A DNA stretch of 39,694 bases from Limnohabitans sp. (lineage in GTDB: Bacteria > Pseudomonadota > Gammaproteobacteria > Burkholderiales > Burkholderiaceae_C), in the NCBI GenBank assembly GCA_046052785.1, contig JAVLFR010000024.1:1-39694 (forward strand). Direction: 5' to 3'. The position numbers and the translations under genes were made by a program. Each line of letters starts with the position of its first letter. The first letter of the stretch is position 1. This document shows positions 34,907 through 39,694 of this stretch, one piece after another. The notes under the pieces were generated by a model. It was given only the letters and a program-made list of their open reading frames with translations, did no database searches and was not told the DNA's origin.

Positions 34907-35839
34907 TCACTCGGCTTTTTTCAAAATAAATCCGACGCGAGGGAAATGCACTTGGACTGTGCCAGCCCGAGGATCTTGACGGCGCACGGTGTAACGCGTG
35001 CGCGTGGCGGCAACCAGTTCACCCGCTGTCGGCTCCAACCCAAAGGCATCCGCCGTGATCACCACTTGACTGCCCAAAGCAATGCCATGGTGGTCAATGA
35101 AGGACTCGTGCGACATGTCTATGGGCTGACTATCGTGCGCTGTTTGGATGGCTTGGGTTGAACTGATGTCGGCGTGCGTGCCATGACCAAATGTTTCCAT
35201 GCGCAGCAACCATTCACGCACATGGGGGGTGGCGTCAAAAATCCCCGCCAAATTAGGCACTTGGCGCAGCGTGTACCAGGTCGGGTGATAGGCGGAGAAG
35301 TCCGCCACAGAAGGCGCATCCCCTAATAAGAAAGGGCTGTGTTCAAGCATGTGTGACAGTCGGCGCAAATAGCTTTTGTACATGCCGATGGCATCGGCGG
35401 CCAACATACGCGGTGCGCCTCCACGCAGGGTGGTGCGGTCTTGTACAAAGGCTTTCACGTCTTCTGGTGACCAAGAAGCCAGCACGTGGGCGGCGCCTGC
35501 AGGCTGGAAGTTGTAGGCCATCGCGGTCGGAAACACCAGCGTGTCGGCCCAATGCGCCACGATGCGTGCCGTGCCTTTGATCGCTTCAGGGTAAAGCGAC
35601 GGTTCAGGTGCAATGTGCTCCAGCACATCACAAATTAAATTGGAATCGCAATAGATATCTGCGCCAATTTGCATAAAGGGTGTGCGGCGGTGCCCGCCCG
35701 TCAATGCCACCACATCTGGCTTGGGCATGTACATCGGGATGGTGACGCTTTGCCAAGCTAATTTTTTGAACCCCAAGATCAAACGAACCTTTTCCGCGAA
35801 AGGCGACATGGGGTAGTGGTGAAGAATGATGTTGGACAT
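34907..35839 (-). CDS. Glutathione S-transferase family protein
   Basis: ILHHYPMSPFAEKVR, LTGGHRRTP, DIYCDS, PSVADF and the C-terminal VHFPRVGF. Confidence 0.92.
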   Translation of the reverse strand: MSNIILHHYPMSPFAEKVRLILGFKKLAWQSVTIPMYMPKPDVVALTGGHRRTPFMQIGADIYCDSNLICDVLEHIAPEPSLYPEAIKGTARIVAHWADTLVFPTAMAYNFQPAGAAHVLASWSPEDVKAFVQDRTTLRGGAPRMLAADAIGMYKSYLRRLSHMLEHSPFLLGDAPSVADFSAYHPTWYTLRQVPNLAGIFDATPHVREWLLRMETFGHGTHADISSTQAIQTAHDSQPIDMSHESFIDHHGIALGSQVVITADAFGLEPTAGELVAATRTRYTVRRQDPRAGTVQVHFPRVGFILKKAE

Positions 35840-35851
35840 GGTTACCTTTAT

Positions 35852-36262
35852 TTAGTCGGTTGAAATTTCGGGGTGGGTGCTGCGGCCAACTAGTTTAAAA
35901 GTACCCGTGGCGTGTGCGCAAACCTTGCCTTCTGCGTCAAAGACGGTGCCTTCGGTGAACGCCATGTGACGGGAGCGGTGGATCAAACGGCCCTTGCCAG
36001 TGAGTGGACCTTTTGCGGGTTGCATGAACGAGGTTTTCATCTCAATGGTCACCGCGCCCATGCCTTTGTCCACACTGCGTGCTGCGGTGGCCATGGTGAC
36101 ATCGAGCAGGGTCATGACGGCGCCGCCGTGCGTCACATTGAAAGAGTTCAGATGCACTTCCTCAGGCGTGTAGCGCAACTCAGATTGGCCGTCTTCAAAG
36201 AACACCATCTCAAAACCGAGATGATCCACAAAAGGAATGTAGGCGCCAAAACTTTCTTGCAT
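35852..36262 (-). CDS. PaaI-family hotdog thioesterase
   Basis: HLNSFNVTHGGAVMTLLD, TIEMKTSFMQP and ATGTF. Confidence 0.92.
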   Translation of the reverse strand: MQESFGAYIPFVDHLGFEMVFFEDGQSELRYTPEEVHLNSFNVTHGGAVMTLLDVTMATAARSVDKGMGAVTIEMKTSFMQPAKGPLTGKGRLIHRSRHMAFTEGTVFDAEGKVCAHATGTFKLVGRSTHPEISTD

Positions 36263-36344
36263 ATTCAGTTCTCCGTGTTGTGCAAGGCTTGCCGCAGGGC
36301 AGCACCCAGCTCGGGTTGGGTGTTAAATGGGTCAGATGGGGTGT

Positions 36345-37520
36345 TCACAGTACTTCAAAAATACCAGCTGCGCCCATGCCGCCACCTATGCACATGGTCA
36401 CGCACACGCGTTTGGCGCCGCGGCGTTTGCCTTCAATCAGGGCGTGGCCCACCAAGCGTTGGCCGCTGACCCCATAGGGATGGCCCACCGCTATCGCGCC
36501 ACCGTTGACGTTGAGGCGCTCATCAGGAATGCCTAATTTGTCGCGGCAATAAAGCACTTGGACGGCAAAGGCTTCGTTGAGTTCCCACAGATCGATGTCA
36601 CCCACGCTCAGACCTAGGCGTTTGAGCACTTTAGGAATCGCATACACAGGGCCGATGCCCATTTCGTCTGGCTCGCAGCCTGCCACGGCAAAGCCGAGAA
36701 ATCGGCCCAGGGGCTTCAAGCCTCGTTGGCTGGCGAGCACTTCGCTCATCACCACACAAGCACCAGCACCGTCTGAAAACTGGCTGGCGTTACCCGCTGA
36801 GATCAAACCACCGGGCATAGCGGACTTGAGGTTGGCCAGGGCATCAACGGTGGAGCCCTCGCGAATGCCCTCGTCTTTGCTGACCGTGACTTGCTTGGTC
36901 ATCAAGCCCATCACCTTGTCGGCAATACCGGCTTTCACCGTGATAGCGGCAATTTCGGCATCAAACAAACCCGCCGACTGCGCAGCAAAAGCACGTTGTT
37001 GGCTGCGTGCACCATATTCGTCCATGGCGTCACGGCCAATGCTGTAACGCTTGGCCACGTTCTCGGCGGTTTGCAGCATGTTCCAGTAGATCTCGGGCTT
37101 CTTTTTGTTAAGCGCCAAATCCATCAGCATGTGTTGGTTCATCTCTTGCTGCACACACGAGATGCTTTCCACCCCACCGGCCACATACACATCACCCTCA
37201 CCTGCGATGATGCGCTGGGCCGCGGTGGCAATGGTTTGCAAACCAGATGAGCAAAAACGGTTGATGGTCATGCCCGAGACCGAGACAGGGCAATCGGCCA
37301 TGAGCGCAATTTGACGGGCGATGTTGGTGCCCGTGGCGCCCTCGGGCAAGGCGCAGCCCATGATGACGTCGTCGACTTCGGGGGCTTCAATGCCGGCGCG
37401 CGCAATAGCGTGTTTGACGACGTGGCCACCCAAGGTCGCGCCGTGGGTCATGTTGAAAGAGCCCTTCCAGCTTTTGGCAAGCGGTGTGCGGGCGGTAGAG
37501 ACGATGACAGCGTGGGTCAT
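36345..37520 (-). CDS. Acetyl-CoA C-acyltransferase (thiolase, PimB-like)
   Basis: NRFCSSGLQ active Cys, [32 protein letters not shown] and MCIGGGMG. Confidence 0.96.
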   Translation of the reverse strand: MTHAVIVSTARTPLAKSWKGSFNMTHGATLGGHVVKHAIARAGIEAPEVDDVIMGCALPEGATGTNIARQIALMADCPVSVSGMTINRFCSSGLQTIATAAQRIIAGEGDVYVAGGVESISCVQQEMNQHMLMDLALNKKKPEIYWNMLQTAENVAKRYSIGRDAMDEYGARSQQRAFAAQSAGLFDAEIAAITVKAGIADKVMGLMTKQVTVSKDEGIREGSTVDALANLKSAMPGGLISAGNASQFSDGAGACVVMSEVLASQRGLKPLGRFLGFAVAGCEPDEMGIGPVYAIPKVLKRLGLSVGDIDLWELNEAFAVQVLYCRDKLGIPDERLNVNGGAIAVGHPYGVSGQRLVGHALIEGKRRGAKRVCVTMCIGGGMGAAGIFEVL

Positions 37521-37541
37521 AGGGATTCCTTAATTCTGTGT

Positions 37542-39641
37542 TCAGTTGAAGGTCTTGCCATCGGCTGCGAGTTGGGCGAGCAACGGTGCTGGCTTCCAAA
37601 ACTCGGCGTCATCCTGTGGGTTGGTAGCGAATCGCTGCATGGCTTGCACCACGTTGAACAGGCCGATCTCGTCGGCATAGTTCATGGGACCGCCACGGTA
37701 GATGGGAAAGCCATAGCCGCTGATGTAGACCATATCAATATCACTGGCCTTGCTGGCAATGCCCTCTTCCAAAATGTGCGCAGCCTCGTTCACCAAAGCG
37801 AAGTTCAAGCGCTGCACGATTTCTTCATCGCTGATCTTGCGAGGCTTGATGCCGAGCGATTCGCGGTGTTTGGCAATCATGGCCTCCACGTCTTTGTTGG
37901 GAATGGCGTCGCGTTTGCCAGGCTTGTAGTCGTACCAGCCTGCCCCTGTCTTCTGGCCAAAGCGGCCTTGTTCGCACAACAAGTCTGCAGTTTTGCTGTA
38001 TTTGCGCGTGGGGTTTTCTGTGTATTGGCGTTTGCGAATGGCCCAGCCAATGTCGTTACCCGCCAAGTCACCCATGCGAAAAGGGCCCATGGCCCAGCCA
38101 AATTTTTCAATGGCGCGGTCCACCTGTGCAGGGGTGCAGCCTTCGTCGAGCAAGAAGCCAGCTTGGCGGCCATATTGGTCAATCATGCGGTTGCCAATAA
38201 AGCCATCGCACACCCCAGAAAGCACAGCAATTTTTTTGATTTTTTTGGCCAAGTCCATCACGGTGGCCAGCACGTCCTTGGCTGTCTCTTTGCCACGCAC
38301 AACTTCAAGCAGTTTCATCACGTTGGCAGGGCTAAAAAAGTGCAAGCCCACGACGTCTTGCGGACGTTTGGTGAAACTGGCAATTTTGTTGAGGTCCAAG
38401 GTTGAGGTATTGGACGCCAAAATAGCGCCTGGCTTCATCACCGCATCGAGCTGTTTGAACACCGCTTCTTTGACGCCCATGTCTTCAAACACGGCTTCAA
38501 TGACGAGATCGGCTTGACTGATGTCGTCGTAGCTCAGCGTGGTGCTGAGCAGCGCCATGCGTTCGACCATCTTGTCTTCTTTGAGCTTGCCCTTTTTGAC
38601 GCGGTCTTCGTAGTTTTTCTGGAGGGTGGCAATGCCGCGGTCCAGTGCGTCTTGCTTGGTCTCCAGCAGCTTGACCGCAATGCCCGCATTCAAGAAGTTC
38701 ATGGCAATGCCGCCACCCATCGTGCCCGCGCCAATCACAGCGACCGATTGAATCGCGCGCACGGGCGTATCACTGGGCACATCGGCGATCTTGCCGGCGG
38801 CGCGCTGCGCACCAAACAAATGGCGCAAGGCGCGGCTCTCGGGCGTCCACATGAGGTTGATGAACTGCTCACGCTCGAACATCATGCCTTCGTCAAATTT
38901 TTTCTTGGTGGCCATTTCCACGGCGTCCACCGCCTTGGGCGGAGCGGGATAGTTCTTGGCCATGCCTTTGACCATGTTGCGAGCAAACTGGAAGTAAGCA
39001 TCGCCTTGGCTGTGTTTGCAGGGCAAGTCACGCACTTTGGGCAGCGGGCGCACATCGGCCACTTCACGGGCATAAGCCAAAGCCTCGTCCATCAAACTTT
39101 TAGGCGACATGGCCATTTGGTCAAACAGCTTTTGTCCTGGCAGCATGCTCAGCATATCGCTCTTGATGGCTTCACCGCTCACGATCATGTTCAACGCGGG
39201 TTCGACGCCCAAAGCGCGTGGCAAGCGTTGTGTGCCACCGGCACCAGGGATCAGGCCGAGCTTGACCTCAGGCATGCTGATGCTGGTGCCAGGCGCGCAG
39301 ATGCGGTAGTGACAACCCAGAGCCAGCTCAAGGCCGCCACCCATGACCACTGTGTGCATAGCCGCCACGACAGGCTTGGCGCAGTTTTCCACGCAGGCGA
39401 TGACGCTGAGCAAATTGGGCTCTTGGAAGGCTTTGGGTGAGCCAAACTCACGCACATCGGCCCCGCCCGAGAACGCTTTGCCGTGGCCCGTGATCACCAC
39501 GGCTTTGACGGCGGCATCGGCCTGTGCTCGGGCAATGCCTGCCACCACGGCGCGGCGTGTCTCCAGCCCCATGCCGTTGACAGGTGGGTTGTTCAACGTG
39601 ATCACAGCAATATCACCCTGTACTTGGTAGTCTGCACTCAT
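37542..39641 (-). CDS. Bifunctional enoyl-CoA hydratase/3-hydroxyacyl-CoA dehydrogenase (PimF/FadB-like)
   Basis: N-terminal crotonase domain ([37 protein letters not shown]). C-terminal HAD domain ([36 protein letters not shown]). Confidence 0.96.
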   Translation of the reverse strand: MSADYQVQGDIAVITLNNPPVNGMGLETRRAVVAGIARAQADAAVKAVVITGHGKAFSGGADVREFGSPKAFQEPNLLSVIACVENCAKPVVAAMHTVVMGGGLELALGCHYRICAPGTSISMPEVKLGLIPGAGGTQRLPRALGVEPALNMIVSGEAIKSDMLSMLPGQKLFDQMAMSPKSLMDEALAYAREVADVRPLPKVRDLPCKHSQGDAYFQFARNMVKGMAKNYPAPPKAVDAVEMATKKKFDEGMMFEREQFINLMWTPESRALRHLFGAQRAAGKIADVPSDTPVRAIQSVAVIGAGTMGGGIAMNFLNAGIAVKLLETKQDALDRGIATLQKNYEDRVKKGKLKEDKMVERMALLSTTLSYDDISQADLVIEAVFEDMGVKEAVFKQLDAVMKPGAILASNTSTLDLNKIASFTKRPQDVVGLHFFSPANVMKLLEVVRGKETAKDVLATVMDLAKKIKKIAVLSGVCDGFIGNRMIDQYGRQAGFLLDEGCTPAQVDRAIEKFGWAMGPFRMGDLAGNDIGWAIRKRQYTENPTRKYSKTADLLCEQGRFGQKTGAGWYDYKPGKRDAIPNKDVEAMIAKHRESLGIKPRKISDEEIVQRLNFALVNEAAHILEEGIASKASDIDMVYISGYGFPIYRGGPMNYADEIGLFNVVQAMQRFATNPQDDAEFWKPAPLLAQLAADGKTFN

Positions 39642-39694
39642 GGCATGTCCTTTTAAAAAAACGAATTGGGAGGGTTAAAGGGTGGGCAATTGGT

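Noticed and set aside
37311-39440. Long plus-strand ORFs (364 aa at 37311..38405 and 308 aa at 38514..39440)
   Set aside because: They are antisense shadows of the well-supported thiolase and hydratase/dehydrogenase genes. Stop-free reverse frames are expected from GC-rich codon bias, and they show no recognisable motifs.

Overview
Betaproteobacterial chromosomal window. Gene content and order suggest Comamonadaceae, possibly a streamlined Limnohabitans-like freshwater organism; this taxonomy is inference only. Left part: an RND efflux pair, divergent from infA(paralog)-paiB-like-tadA(fusion)-methyltransferase-ldcA. From ~7.95 to 21.1 kb is a partly more AT-rich, all minus-strand accessory block encoding a type I secretion system. 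It comprises a 1270-aa VCBS/cadherin-like secreted protein, a TolC with a ~370-aa N-terminal extension, a C39-like ABC transporter, a HlyD adaptor, an exported ClpP-fold protein, and a frameshifted TPR gene whose N-terminus resembles the post-NACHT helical region of STAND proteins. Next come the core mltG-tmk-holB-tatD-ankyrin operon and a yybP-ykoY (Mn2+) riboswitch-terC-hypothetical cassette between mltG and ygfZ. The right part carries GNAT, esterase, Fe-ADH, DUF1330, patatin, tex, a small HExxH lipoprotein, and a beta-oxidation cluster (hydratase/dehydrogenase, thiolase, PaaI, GST). I saw no tRNA, rRNA, CRISPR array, transposase or integrase. The best candidate for an undescribed system is the T1SS block (extended TolC plus ClpP-like exported protein plus TPR). 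All family calls come from recognising motifs by eye, not from database searches.
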